A stretch of 56,512 nt of DNA, counting the filler, from Dirinaria sp. TL-2023a (Eukaryota), in assembly GCA_051941275.1 (NCBI GenBank). It is 3 parts of 3 records of this genome, joined end to end, with 100 filler letters (N's around TTAATTAATTAA, not from the genome) between each part and the next. Parts side by side here need not be neighbours in the genome. Positions count along the whole stretch, not along the records: positions 18,898 to 37,680 come from JAVEBF010000368.1; 2 more parts are not named here. The stretch is one strand, 5' to 3'. Numbering within the stretch: position 1 is the stretch's first letter; each line of letters starts with the position of its first letter. Positions 22,754 to 37,680 of the stretch are shown here, piece after piece. Position numbers and translations under genes: made by a program. A model generated the notes under the pieces. The model was not told the DNA's origin and did no database searches. It worked only from the letters and a program-made list of their open reading frames with translations.

Positions 22754-23517
22754 GGTGGACCTTTGTCAAAGGACTCGGTGGGGTTGAAGGAGCTGGAAAT
22801 TTGTCGCGGAGGCTTTGCAAATCTTTAGCGCTCTGTATAGATCAGGTGTAGGAAATAAGATAGTAGTAAACAATAATAAGTGTGGGAAAGGCCGTCGCTG
22901 TCGCAATCGATAAGGTTTCGAAGGTGGGGGAAAGATGGTTTTGGCGGGCGCAGGAGGTCTTACCTGGGATAATGTGAACTGCGTACAGTCAGGTAAGAGG
23001 AATTTGGGAGATAGGGTAATTTTGAGTGCCTAATTTCAATGGAGGGTAGTACGCAAGAAAGACTGAAAGTGGTGGTAAGGTAGCGGCCGAGAGGGGTTTT
23101 GAAGGGTTCAGCTGGCTTCGTTACCTACTTGGTGGGGCTTTGTTTTTGGTTGCTACCTTGCCCTTAGCGTCTCGACTTTGGTGAAGGCAGAAGCCAAGCA
23201 ATGATTATGTGCCTCAGTACCTGTAAAGAGGCACTGGCCTGTAGATATTAAAGGTCTCACAAATTCGGCACACTTGACAAGGACGATGTGCTGGTCGTAT
23301 TGTTATTTTTCAAAGTTGTGATTACTAACTTAGTACCTGAGTGATTTGTACAATTATGTTACAGCACCGAAGACCGCTTTTGCATCGCTAATAACACAGA
23401 TGATGGCATGGGTTGAGGAGTGGAGAGACCCAAGCTGCTGGAACACATGGCAGAACACTCGACGGATGAAGCTTATGAAGGGGATGGATCCATGAGGAGT
23501 TCAGTGAGTCGGTTGGG

Positions 23518-25479
<1,962 letters not shown>

Positions 25480-27573
25480 GACTGGCAGAGGTGGAGCAGC
25501 GGATACAAGCCTGACGACGAAGGGCTTGCAGACGACAATAGAGCGAAGTCTTGAAGTTTGGGCGAAATGAGAATGAGTGCAGGGTGAGGGCAAGAATTTT
25601 CGAGAAACGTTCTATTCCAGATGAGCTTAGTAGGAGGCTTGGCGTCATGTTTCTCGGCTCATGCCCGCCTCGGCTGTTTCCTCTTCGGGGAATTAGTTCA
25701 ACCGCCCGAGTGTCTTTGAGAAAAGTTCAACCGCCCTTGTAACTTAGGACATCTTAGCAAGCTGTGTATGCAGGAATGCTTTGGACCGGTGGCCATACAA
25801 ATCCCTTCTAGTGAAGATAGCAAGGGACTTACGTTATCTAACATAGCAGTAAGTCGAACACTCTTTGTCTCTTAATAGGGTGAGTGAGATTTGATACTTT
25901 ACTATGGGGTAAATTGAGATTCCTGAAAATACAACGACAAATCAGCACCATGCGATGATCTCGCACTGACTACTTGCCAGGCCATTGTGTGTTTTCCCTG
26001 GTTAACAGAAGTGATTGAGCCCCAATCTCAACATCTGAAGGCAGATAATATGAAAGAATATGACGATGGTGTCCTCTGCATACTTTTCCATGAATCGAGT
26101 AGGTTTGTGGGTCTCTGGGTCTGATGAAAGGAGCTTTGCTGGCAAGGAGTCATTGATCAGCGAAGAAGAAGATATTTGGCAGATGACAAGAGGCATGGAA
26201 GGTCACGCACCGTAAACAGGTAATGCATGCTGGATTAGCATTCTCTGGTTAACCATATCTGTTCAATAAAGCATCTAAATTTAAGGAGGAGTCTACAGGT
26301 ATGAAGATCAGTAGTTGGGAGCAGGTTCAACATCTAGGATTGCAGCTTCCTAAATGAATAGTGGAATCCTTCAGACTCGTGGAACCTGTAAATGAACAAC
26401 ATGACTCAGATGTCAATATTCCATGATGGCAAGGAGATGAAGTGCGTTTACAAAACGGCGGGATAAGTAGATATATCTCTTTGTTGTTCATTGCTTTGAT
26501 CATGGCATAGCCACATTTTGTGAAACCAAGATGGCTCAAATGAAGACATTCTTGCGTGACACTTCTGAATGGAAGCAATCGATGAACCCAAGTGATGAAG
26601 CCGTTATTGATGTCGACACAAACGACACAATAAGCGCTTTAAAGCATGGGCCGCCCTGGCTGCGTTTTCACACCCATCCATTTCCTCTTCCTCACATCCT
26701 GCCACCAGTCTTGATCTGTGCAGTCTGATGATGTTGCTGCATTATATTTGCCATGTATAGCATGCCAATACTCCAGAGCCATCACCATAAGACCACCAAT
26801 AAAACAATTCGCGTGATTAAAGAACCCGGGGGTAAATGGAAAATCTGTGCGTTAGGACAAATTTCCTCTGAGAAACCTCTCACCCATTCAAGTAGCCAAA
26901 TCTCTTATTTGTACTCCTCATAGCTGACATTAGGATGTAGCTGGCTATCAAGATCCTTGACTTGATCATAGACAGACATCATACTTGAAGGAAATGCTAC
27001 GACCGCCCACCTCTTGCATGGCCATGCTATAGGTATCACACACAAAGAACAAATGATATCTTGATCCAGTCACTACGACTCCGGGATTGAAGACCGAGTG
27101 AGATAACTGCGAAGCTTCGGCCACGGTTCGCATCCTTCTCGGCGCTATAGCAACAAACAACTAGTAATGCACACTTGAAAGGAAATCTCATCTTGTATGC
27201 TTACCTTGAAAGCTCGACCTAGAAAAAACCGCGTGCTAGAATTGGGAAAATAGACAGGTGAACCCTCATTTAAGTTGTGTAAGCAAGTATTGTAAGCTAT
27301 GTGAGCTAATTCTAAAAGCAGGCAACCACTATCAGCAATCATTGGAAGCTAAACCGAGCCATCGAGCCTTCTGTTTGGTCCATAAACAGGCACACAGTAC
27401 CACGAGCTACAATGGACCATACTGTCGGCAGGATGGCTGGTGCACGCAAGAGTGGAGTGGCACTAAGGATGCAAAAGAAAAAGAGAGGATACATGGGTGG
27501 CGCATCTGGCCCGCAGTGGTGTCGAAGATTGGAGACCGACCTTTGGGGTCTTCGTCTCCAAAACCATCGTCTC

Positions 27574-29770
27574 TCACATCTCCCCTGGGCCCGGAGCAGC
27601 ATTATCGTCGCCGAAATCCCCCCAGTCAAGAGTGCTCTGGTCGGTACCCGCCTCATTGACACCATTGAATGGGCTAGAGTAGCTCTCATTATCGTCAAGT
27701 ACGCCCGCAGCTTGCCCTGCTACCACATTACCATAATCTTTGAGGGCGATTTGCTGACGCTGAGGTGTAGCACGGTGATTGGTCATGTAGCCAGAAGAAG
27801 TTCCGTTCTGAGATCCCGGTAGGTGGGCATTAGCAGCTGCCACATAACGCTGTACTTGCTCATAAGCGTTTCCGGCAGGTTCGAATGACTGCGTAAAAGC
27901 CATGCCACTGAGGTCTGGAAGACCGCTATACTGGAATGAGTTGATCGGAAGGTCCGCAATAGCAGCATTGCTGCGTCCATTACCAAAAGTGCTCTGCTGC
28001 CCGGTCGCGGTCGTATTATCGCGTACGTAGACATAGTCGTGGGTATCGGTACGATACGCTACCTGGATCCCATCAAGCGTGGGCAAGACATTGTCGCGAT
28101 AAGAGAATGACGCTTCGGGATGATCGCCAAAGCCATACCCGGAGCCACCAGCGAAGCTAGAGCCGTACGGATTTTGGTATGCTTGCATTTGATTCGCGCC
28201 GCTGACTTGCAAATAGCCATGGCCGACAGAGTGAGATGTCGGAGAAGCTGCAGCAGAGACGCTGACGGTAGATTTACTTCCATCCTCTTGGGTGGTCTCT
28301 CCAGATCCACCTGCATCGTATCCCAATCCTTCCAGGAATGCCTTGATATGCTCTTCTTTACCAACAGGAAGACGGGCGATCTTAGTTCTACGAGCAACGG
28401 CTTGCTTGGACGATGCGCTCCCATCAGACTCAGACTCTTGCTCTAGGAAATTGGCACCTCCTGCGACCTTGTTATGTGAGGTTGCACCACGACCCAGACC
28501 AACAAGGCTGCCGCCATACTCCGATACGTCTTTGTTCTTGTCGTTGTCGTTGTTGCCGATCTTTCTACGAAGACGTCTAGCGGGAGGTCCTTCCTTGGCA
28601 GACCCATGGTTTGTACCATACCCAGCATCATCATCTTCGGAGGATGTAAGACGACGCTTTCGGATGATCGCGCCCTTGAGGATATTTCCTTCCACAAGCT
28701 CTTTCTTTATGTTGCCGGTCTCGATTTTCAATCCAGACGCCGAAGCTTTCTTAAAAACTGGGACTTTGCCCTTGGTCATGCCCTCCTCTTCATCTTCGTC
28801 CACCCAATTTTCTTCATCCTGAGTGTCGCTATCATTGACCTTGTTGCGACGCTTGGCATTGCTCTTATTGCCGGTTGCTACAGCTCTCGGCACGGCCACC
28901 AATACGTTTCCACCACCTCTCTTTAGAGGAGGCGGGACAGCAACGCCTTTTTCATGAAGGTGACCACGCACCTTGGCCAGGTGTTGGACGATGGCTCCCT
29001 CGCTGATGCCGCCCATTGCGCGGCCGACCTCTGCCCAAGGGACTCTTACGTTGGCCATGCTACAGGCCCACGGAATAAAAACCGCCAATTGCTGGTCCAT
29101 GGTTTCTAAAGTGGATGTCAGTGAACATCAGGCTTGATAAACAGATCGAAGAACAAAAAAAAAATATACTACATAGCGACAAATGAGAGGGGAATAAACC
29201 ACGGAACACAGCTCTGCGTCCCTAGGTGCTCCCGTCCGTGGCGGCCGCGAAGAACGACACCGAAGACAAACGCAAAGCGTCAGAATGACGACCAAGAGGA
29301 TACTGACTCCGAAGATGAAGCAAATTGCGTGGATTCAGAGGATTCAGAGGATAGGGATGAGGCGGAGGCCATACGAAGGCTCAATGAGATGGAACCTTTC
29401 GAGGCACGGCGACCTTGAGCTGCGTGTGGATCATCCAAAGAGTGAAGGTCACGACGCGCACCCAGAAAGGCTAGTGCAGATATTTGCAGCCTTGGGATGG
29501 TGATGGAGAAGATGGAGAGCATTGGGAAGATCTTATGGATGCTGACGAGAATCATGAAGAGTGTGATAGCCAGGAAGCTCCACGAAGACAGCGCAGCACA
29601 GAGACACGGCCAGGACCGCACCATCTGGATCTCCCGAATGAGAGTGGGTCGCGAGTCCCTCGACTCGCTGAAAAATGAAGTGGAAGAATCTATTAAAGAA
29701 AAGCGGGTGACTTACCATTCCAACGAACCAAGTTGCGCGTCTTGGGACGCTCCTTACGCTGACGAGCCAT
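27574..29770 (-). CDS. Hypothetical protein (~528 aa) with N-terminal Myb/SANT-like helical domain and long low-complexity tail; exons 29770-29716 and 29105-27574
   Basis: Exon 1 MARQRKERPKTRNLVRWN(E) splices through a 610-nt phase-1 intron (GTAAGT..TAG) to TMDQQLAVFIPWACSMANVRVPWAEVGRAMGGISEGAIVQHLAKVR; NLS-like IIRKRRL and RRLRRK. The 3' end could contain a further intron. Confidence 0.75.
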
Positions 29771-31412
29771 TTCGTTTAGCTCCTCGGACTCGGACTCGGT
29801 CTCGCTTGAGCTGGACGGTGAGGTTGATGCTGGCTTCTCATGAAGTTAGCTAACTTGTTCCAAGAGATAGACAAGGTGCGGTGCAACTTCAACAGCAGGC
29901 GCCGCCTCGAGATCCCCTATGGTGCGCATGTTATGTCCAGGGGCACGAATCAACACACGTGGATGACCTGCAGCTCGAAGCATCTTGGATGCTTGTGCCG
30001 CGTGGAATCAGGACTATGAAGATAAGAGCTGCTTTGTGCGGAGCACTCGCAGCAGAGGTGTGTGTGTGTGTGGAATAGGAGTAGGAGGGTAGGACAGAAG
30101 TGCAGGTGTGGATGGAGGGGGAGGGTTGAAGGTGTTTGTGTGTGGTGGACGACTATTATGGACAAGCGCCTAGCAACGCTAAGGGGGGAAGGGAAGGGGG
30201 TGGGTTGCCTCCTTGTTGATCGCACACCGGACAACAGACCCATTGCCCTCAACTCTCAATAGGGGAATGCTTAGGCAGAAGTGAGTTTTTCCTTCAAACT
30301 TACCTATTAACCTTTGCAATAGCTAAACCCAGTTCCTAGAACTGGATGCAGGCTGGTTGATAGTGTCGCAGAGTTCAAGTGAGAGAAAAGAAGATCGCTT
30401 TTGGGAAGCGACTGCAGAAAGGTGAGGTGTGGGTGAGCAGGAGAAAAGGTTCTGAGCAGTCGGAAAACGAAGGCCTTCAAATACTGCCCACTGCCGTCTG
30501 AGCTCTTACATTCATCATCTCTTGAACTCGGATTGGCTATTTGATTCATGACGTCTATACGGAACCCCCTCCACGGGACTCGCACAGATATCTCTTCACT
30601 ACTTCTAGGCGGCAATGACACATCTCAAGATTCATCTCGTTCTGATGAACATCATGGGATGAATCATCCAGGCTACGATCTACGATTTGAGGTCTACGTA
30701 TTTCGAAAAGGGGGGACGAGGAGCTTGGTGATTGTGGCTATCAACCACCACATAACGGGGATTTCTATGAGACATCTTCTCGCTAACAACAGGGAAAAAC
30801 GCTACGCAGAGATCGTTTGAGCTATACTCTCGATGAAGACCCCAAACATATGGTGATCTTGATGTTCTGCCGCTGCTGGCCCAATCACGTAGAACTCGAA
30901 GTGTTATATGTAGTTGATTTACACGTGCCAGATATGGTTCGCATAGCATTTCCATTCTTGGATAGACTCCCACGAGCAAGATCACCATGAAGATCGTATT
31001 CACATTGCTCCCTGGTGCCTAGAAAGAGTTGAGCACTTGCGATGGTTGATCGTGGAGTGAAGGTCTGAGGTGTTGAGACGGGAGATGAAAAGGCTTCACC
31101 ATCACAGGAATGCAGAGGAGATACTGATAGGGGATCACGTAGAGCACAGCATGAGTTTCAATAGCAAAGGTTTTTTTAGAAGTACATAGGCTTGAAGAGC
31201 CTAAGGTAGCTTTAGACTACGTTCAAAGCCTATTTGTGAAAGCAATTCCCCTATCGTATCCCCCCTTTCCACCCTATCTGCAGCACTGGAGCAAGAAGAA
31301 CCGGTCCGATACAGCAGCTCAGAAAGCCCCTAGGAAACCCAACGTAGACGAGGAGAAAGAAGAGATGGCTCTGGACCTATGCTTGTTGAGTTGAGCAAGC
31401 GCATAGGAAGCT

Positions 31413-32283
31413 TCAAATGTTCTCTCCCATGCCAAAAGTCAGCTCTCTCCAGAGCTCTTCCGACGAGGGTCCTTCGTCAGTCGTATTACCATGAGGTTCG
31501 ATGAATGACACAGAGTCTGGATAGTCTGGATAATCTTCGGCCTCAGACCCCTCGCTCTTCATGCCGACATTGGATTCCTGGGCGTCACCTTCCATGTCCT
31601 CCGCCTTACGCTTGGTTCCTGAGAGTCCGCTTGGTAGATTCGGGAAAAGTTTGGCCTTGGGGAGGAGCGGGCTACTGGCACCCAAAGTGCCGGGACCGGC
31701 TTCATCATCGCACAGATTCCCATCGTCCGAATCATTGCCAGCTAGGGATTTGGCTGGGGCCTTGCCTCCTTTGTTGGCACCCTTGGTGGTGCGCTGCTTC
31801 TTAGCAGCAGGAGCTTTGGCAGCTTTGGCCGGCTTCTCCTTGGCGGTGGATTTCGGAGTCACTTTGGTAGTCTAGTGATGCTCAGTATTTGGAACAAGAT
31901 GAAAACTTGAGACAAACCTTAGCAGAACCAGCTTTAGTAGTGCTACCACCGGTAGCTTTGGTAGCCTAAGGAGACTTGTCAGTAGCTGCTACCTTTACAG
32001 AACTATAAATCTCACTTTTGACTGGCTTGCGCCAGGAGTTGCGTCCATAGACTGGTCCGCCGGAGCCAGCTTCTTAAGCTTCTTGAGCTGCTCTTGCACC
32101 GCGCGCTTGGTGCACTGCGGACCCATGATCTCCGCTACGGCGGCAAAATCGACTTTGACACCATGGACCTGAAGGATCGCAAGCAGAAGGCGCTCGTTGG
32201 TAGTGGCTAAAATGATAAGGTCACTATGGCGGCTTCGCGCGATCAACTTGCAAGAACTCACAGTCCCAGGTCATTCCAGGCAT
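31413..32283 (-). CDS. Hypothetical Myb/SANT-like domain protein (~239 aa); exons 32283-32262, 32206-32016, 31965-31918, 31871-31413
   Basis: Spliced MPGMTWDSTTNERLLLAILQVHGVKVDFAAVAEIMGPQCTKRAVQEQLKKLKK followed by a Lys/Ala-rich then acidic tail; introns are canonical and frame-preserving. Confidence 0.78.
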
Positions 32284-33387
32284 CTTGGCAGATATTGAAT
32301 TTTAGGCTTTAGCACAATAGGATGTCTGAAGTATTCTGGTGAGCAAGCTGATAGTGTTGGATGATCGTGGATGGAGGCGACTGAGAGTGGGTAGAAAGTA
32401 TTGCTGGAAGAAAATAGATGTACGCGACTGAGAGTGAAAATGATTGTGAGCAGAGAGAAAAGACGCGAACTGAAGTAGCCTTGACGCTAAGCCTCAAACT
32501 ACTAAATAGACGAGGTGATAAGGTGAACAACATACATACTGGAAAATCTTTGATCACACTTGCAATCCAATACATTCAGGTGCCATGACCCACCTTATCA
32601 TAGAAGACAGCCCTCATATCTCACCCAAAACACAATATAGCAAATAAAATGTGATATTTAAATTACATAAAGCACGGACTTTAGGGATCGCTCGGTGTGT
32701 AGAAGTGAGAGTGCCAGATTGGAGCAATTGGAGGGTCCAGCCCCGACCAAGGCCAATGTGGTACCATTATGTCACTGGATATATGTCACACCATGGTATT
32801 GGGAACAAATTTATGGTAGTCAAATAAGATCTAAATATACTGCAAACAGAGAACAACGTTGATGCTGGGCGAAGGAACAGTCGGTCTTAAAATGGAGGGC
32901 TTCTAGGGGGCAAGATGGGTGTTGCAAATTAGCCGCGCGTCTAGCGGCACAGCGAAAAGTCTAAGCCGACAGCTTTCTTGGCTCTTCGATTCCGCTGGCT
33001 GGTTGCTATAGCATCAAGTCGAGCTTCCTAGACTCGAGGATGTTACTTAGTGTGAGAGAGCTCTTCGATGCATATGACTTAGACTGGCCCCATAGCTCTT
33101 TGGTGCGGTGTCTTAACAAAGATGTATTGGAGCAATAGAACAGCTATTTTCTTGGTACAAGTAAGAGTCATTGAGATTTTCGATCCGAACCTTGCTAAGC
33201 CCATACATCGAAAAGCCGCATCAGTGCTATTCCATTTTGCTTCAGCTCGCCACCACTAGCAATAACATCGCAATACAACTAAAGGATCAATTCCAGAGTC
33301 CACCGCCTTCGCTTAGAGCTTTGACAGGATGTGCATTTCTTTAGACCTTTGTGTCACTGTGGCCATACCTCTCCCTTTGCACAGTGC

Positions 33388-34170
33388 TCAGTCCGTAATG
33401 AGTATGGTATCCGAGTTGTCATGTCCACTGTGTGCCTCACTAGCTGGAGCAGCCTCGAAGTCATCGTACCCGTTCTGCCCAAATGCACCGCCATACCCTG
33501 GTTTCTCGTCCACCGCGGGCTGAGTCAATGCGCTTGGCTGGATAAATTCGTCGAAGTAACTATTATCGTGGGCCTGATAGCCCTGATCAAGCGTCTCATC
33601 CGGATAAGAAACATTTCCATCATCGAGGATAAGAGGCTCCTCTTTGATCATGGCTCCAGTAGGATCCGGATTGACATCTTCCGCTTTGACAGGCTCGGGC
33701 TTGACCTTCGGCAAACCCTCATCATCATCGCCAGTGTCAGTGTTGCTGTTGCCGTCGTTGAAATGGTCGAGCTTCCGCTTCTTCTGGCTGGATCCGGATG
33801 TATTCTCAGCGCGCTTACGAGGCGTGGAAGCAATGGTCGTCTCGCGGATAGGCTGATTGCTCTGGTGAATCCCGTTGGCTTTCATCATTCGTTCATAGCG
33901 CTTCGCACTGCGTAAGGTAAAGTGAGCATGCAATTTAGCAGGCGAGGGCAAGAGGACGATGAGGTCCTCGAGTAGGACTAGGTTAACTTACGCTGCACCC
34001 TTGGAGACGATGCCACATTCCCTCGCAACTTCAGTGAAGTCCACCTAGAGCGATGTGAGCTTTTACCGCACCAGTTACAAATGCACATTCAAAGTTACCT
34101 TTCCGTTATTTGAGTATCGAATACATGAGATAAGGAAAGCGAACTGGGATTCGCTTGATGCAGGAGGCAT
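33388..34170 (-). CDS. Hypothetical Myb/SANT-like domain protein (~214 aa); exons 34170-34099, 34044-33992, 33907-33388
   Basis: Spliced MPPASSESQFAFLISCIRYSNNGK|VDFTEVARECGIVSKGAA|AKRYERMMKANGI; tail with KKRK and VKPE/VKAE/IKEE. Confidence 0.82.
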
Positions 34171-36368
34171 GGTAGATGTATGGTACTGCTAAGGAGGTGT
34201 TGATCTTGTACTGCGCAATCATCGCATCAGCAATGTCTCTCTGGGTAAAGATACTACTGGCTTACAGATGAAGTACGATAAATCCTTCTGTTTGGAAGAA
34301 GTGCTCCCGTCCTACTGATTCTTAGTAGAGACAAGATCGGGATCGAAGTTGACAATTTGAGTCTTGTTGGCTTGTGTGTGGTTGACTTTGATCTAGCGAA
34401 AGGTGTGGGAAGTGAGTCCAGAATTATAAGGTGGCCCGACCAGACCAGACGACTATCTTGCAGCTTTGTCAAAGGTTTATGAAAACTTCACTTTGATGAC
34501 ATGCATGGAGGATCTGCAGTTCAAGAACGACTTGAAAGGCAGTCATGGCAGCTTACAGAAGCCTTTGTCCGGTTTTGAGGCTCAAAACTACTTTTATGGC
34601 AAGCTGCATGTCAGCATTTAGCGACGTCGATTCTGTCGGAACACTGCATCATCATTTGCACATTAACATTCAAGGTAAGGTTCAAGACAGGGTCATGTTC
34701 TTTTTGCTTGCAAGCTCTAGAACTACGAAGAGGAGTAATGTGAGTATCATCTCCTTGAAAAGAGCTAGGAATAGTCGAGAGCTGCATTTCCTTTGGCCCA
34801 GTCGTGGTTCATTTCAACCAAAGCACTACCTGCTTTAGTCGTCAGAGCGGCATCGCATAAGAACTCATGCAGCACTGAGATAAACGAAGATGGCGATTCA
34901 AGACGTAACTTTGCGGATTGAAGTAAGTGACCTGGATTTGCAGACCAATGTCTAAGTTGCTAATACGTAAAACCTGTACGATGGGTTGGTCTTGGCCAGC
35001 TGTTCAGCAATAAATTGCGCCGAGACGTGAGCCGCTCTGAGATGGTCAGCGAAGCCATTTGGAGTCCCACTAAAAGCGGTGGAAGTTGAAGGAATAACGA
35101 CTTGGTGGAGAATAAAATCAATGATACCGATTTTCGACCAGTGGCGCCTTCTGTCCCAGTATCAGAATCTGTACTCCATTGCAGCATTCTGTTCCTTACC
35201 ACGCACCGCTTCTTCGTACTCATCGTTCTTGATTTGTTGGCCCTATAACGTCCTCCGCGAAACTTGTCAGCCCTGCTCATGCTCGCCGGGTTCGCTATTG
35301 GTGAATGGACCATGCTATGGATTATCATCATGATCGCTCGAAGATGGCCATTCCCGTTTCGCCGGTCCGTCTGAGAATAAGACCACAGGTCCCACGGTCA
35401 TGCTCGGGCTAATATGGTCTCATCCGAGCTTAGCATTCAACGTGCATGTAGACAGTAGAGCTAAATCACTTGTTGTCCTTGAACGTCAGCTGCTTATGCT
35501 AACAGAATTCCCCAGACTCTCGCGATCAACACGGGAGCCAGACCGTACGGCCCTAGTATATCTGTGACCACCAGATGAAGCCCAGCGTGACCTAGTATTT
35601 TTAATCGATACAATATTGCCACCACGGTTTTCAGGCAGAATTTGCTTTTTGAGGAGCTACTATAGCCAGGTAGGAGCACATACAGCTCACCTCTGGTACC
35701 TCTATCCAAATACGAGTTTGTTTCGCCGAGTTACAAAGTCTGCTGATAAGCCTCACTTGTGTCGGCCCAGCCCGCGCTACGGTACTCAACCGGCCCATAG
35801 AACTTCGCCCAGTCAGATTGGCTCGAGTAATGGGTAGATTCTATAACCGTTAAAGGCAAGGAAAGGATCCTATTTTTCTAAGTAGATATTTAAATTCGAC
35901 CTCAGAGTTTTCAATCATTAGCTTTTCATTAGGCCCACCTCTCTGTCGCTTATAGTGCAAGCTGTCCTTCTTCGTTCTATCGATCCGCTGTTGCAACGAT
36001 GCACAAACCTATGGAATTGATGGACTGCTATTGAAATTGAAGGATCGTTGTGGTACGCCAGCCAGAAAATCCTCTTGTAAGGCTTGGCTTTAGCTGGTGG
36101 GTACTCTAAGTCTAGTATATTTTGAATCTATATTCCCATAATATGGCTATTCGAGACCCTAGCAGGGCGCGCAAACTTTGCTACTCCTAACTTCTGAGCA
36201 ATCTCAACAGACTCGTATACAGAAAATGAAGGTGGAACAGTCCATCAACAAAGAGCCATGATGAAATAGGCAGATCATCAAAATTTTATCAGTACTCCAC
36301 TCAAGGCCCCAAGGACCGCCAAATGCAAAAATAGAAAGATCAAAAGCAAATGGCCAGCCACCACAAGC

Positions 36369-37172
36369 TCACTCATCCCAGTACGGCTCCAATTTGACCA
36401 CCGGCTCCGCCTTAAAGAAAGGCTCCTCCTTCACAGCACTGCCAGGCTGAAAATGCGGAGGAACCTCTCCAAAAGCAGCCGCAGCAGGCTCTCCAACATG
36501 AGTCTCGAAGTACTGAGAGCCAACAGCATGCTGTTCTCCAAATCCATGAGCAGCATCCTTCATCTGCTGCTCAAAAAACCCGCCGGGGCCAAGATCCAGC
36601 CGGGGCTCAAACTCCTCCTCCTCCTTCGGCTCCGGCTTCACAACCGGCGAAGAAGAAGCCTTCATCGCAGCCTCGACGACGACGCCTTGCATCGCATCAG
36701 CCGCGGCGGAATCCCCAGGTTCTTGCTTGACGACAGCACCGCTCTCGGAACCACCCTCGACCTTTGCCGATTTCTCCTTCTTCGTCGACGACGGGCTGCT
36801 TTGTTTCTGCTTTTCCTTCTTGCGTGGGGCGGTGTTGCTGCTGGTTGTTGTTTTTGGTTTCCGGACTTGCGGCTGGATCCCCTCCATCTGTTGCTTGAAG
36901 CGCGAGAAGCGCATCCGTGCCGCGTGGCCGTTGGTTATGTCTAGAGAACCGGCGACTTCGTTCCAGTCGATCTGTGAGAGAAAAAAAGGTGCAACGTTAG
37001 TAAGGTATTTTGAGTCTCCCCCCTCCCTCCCTCCATCTCCTTTCTCACGTGAGCCAGCGTGGATGGATGGATAGCTTACAGATTTGAGATCCAGTTGTTT
37101 GAGGATAGTATATAGAAACTTGGCGATCGCGCCATCGGTGGGCATAGTACGGTTCCTACGGAGACTCGCCAT
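36369..37172 (-). CDS. Hypothetical Myb/SANT-like domain protein (~231 aa); exons 37172-37080, 36971-36369
   Basis: Spliced MASLRRNRTMPTDGAIAKFLYTILKQLDLKS|IDWNEVAGSLDITNGHAARMRFSRFKQQMEG; tail with VKQE, VKPE, VKEE, FKAE, VKLE. Confidence 0.82.
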   Translation of the reverse strand: MASLRRNRTMPTDGAIAKFLYTILKQLDLKSVSYPSIHAGSREKGDGGREGGDSKYLTNVAPFFLSQIDWNEVAGSLDITNGHAARMRFSRFKQQMEGIQPQVRKPKTTTSSNTAPRKKEKQKQSSPSSTKKEKSAKVEGGSESGAVVKQEPGDSAAADAMQGVVVEAAMKASSSPVVKPEPKEEEEFEPRLDLGPGGFFEQQMKDAAHGFGEQHAVGSQYFETHVGEPAAAAFGEVPPHFQPGSAVKEEPFFKAEPVVKLEPYWDE

Positions 37173-37680
37173 TTCCCACACAAAAAAAGGGCTACAGTGC
37201 AATGTCGGTGAAGCAAGAGATTCAGAAAGTATTGCTAGGCAAGAATCGTTGCACAACCCGTATTACTGGGGACGGAAAAGGGAGTGTGAGCTCTGAGCTT
37301 GCAAGATGTGAATACGGGTGATTGGCAGCTTGAAATAGAAGAGAGCTACTGAACCGGCTTCATAGATTGAACATTTTCAGTCTACCTAGAAGCCTTTGTC
37401 TCGCTATCAAAGGCCACTTACCGGCATTACGGAATTCTGCAGCTTTCCGAATTCCTTTCTCCCGTTTTGAAAGGGGCTATAAAGATCGGCCGGCAAGGAA
37501 CATGGGATTGCAGCAGAGACGGTTGAATGCAGAGTTTTCCTTGTTGGGACCTACAGCCTAGGTGCTGGGCAGTTTGAGAAGAAGGATGCGGGAGATCGAA
37601 TGCTTTCGCTCTTGCTGAAGGTAATATCATTCCTATCCCATTCTTTGGCAAGATTGGGTGCTGATATTCCTTGAATAGCC

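Noticed and set aside
25750..27550. Short ORFs between HSP60 and the Myb-like array (possible HSP10 partner or fifth paralog)
   Set aside because: No Cpn10 or Myb-like motif found in the listed frames.
34960..35709. ORFs in the spacer between the third and fourth Myb-like genes (also 30307-31003)
   Set aside because: No family motif or convincing exon structure.
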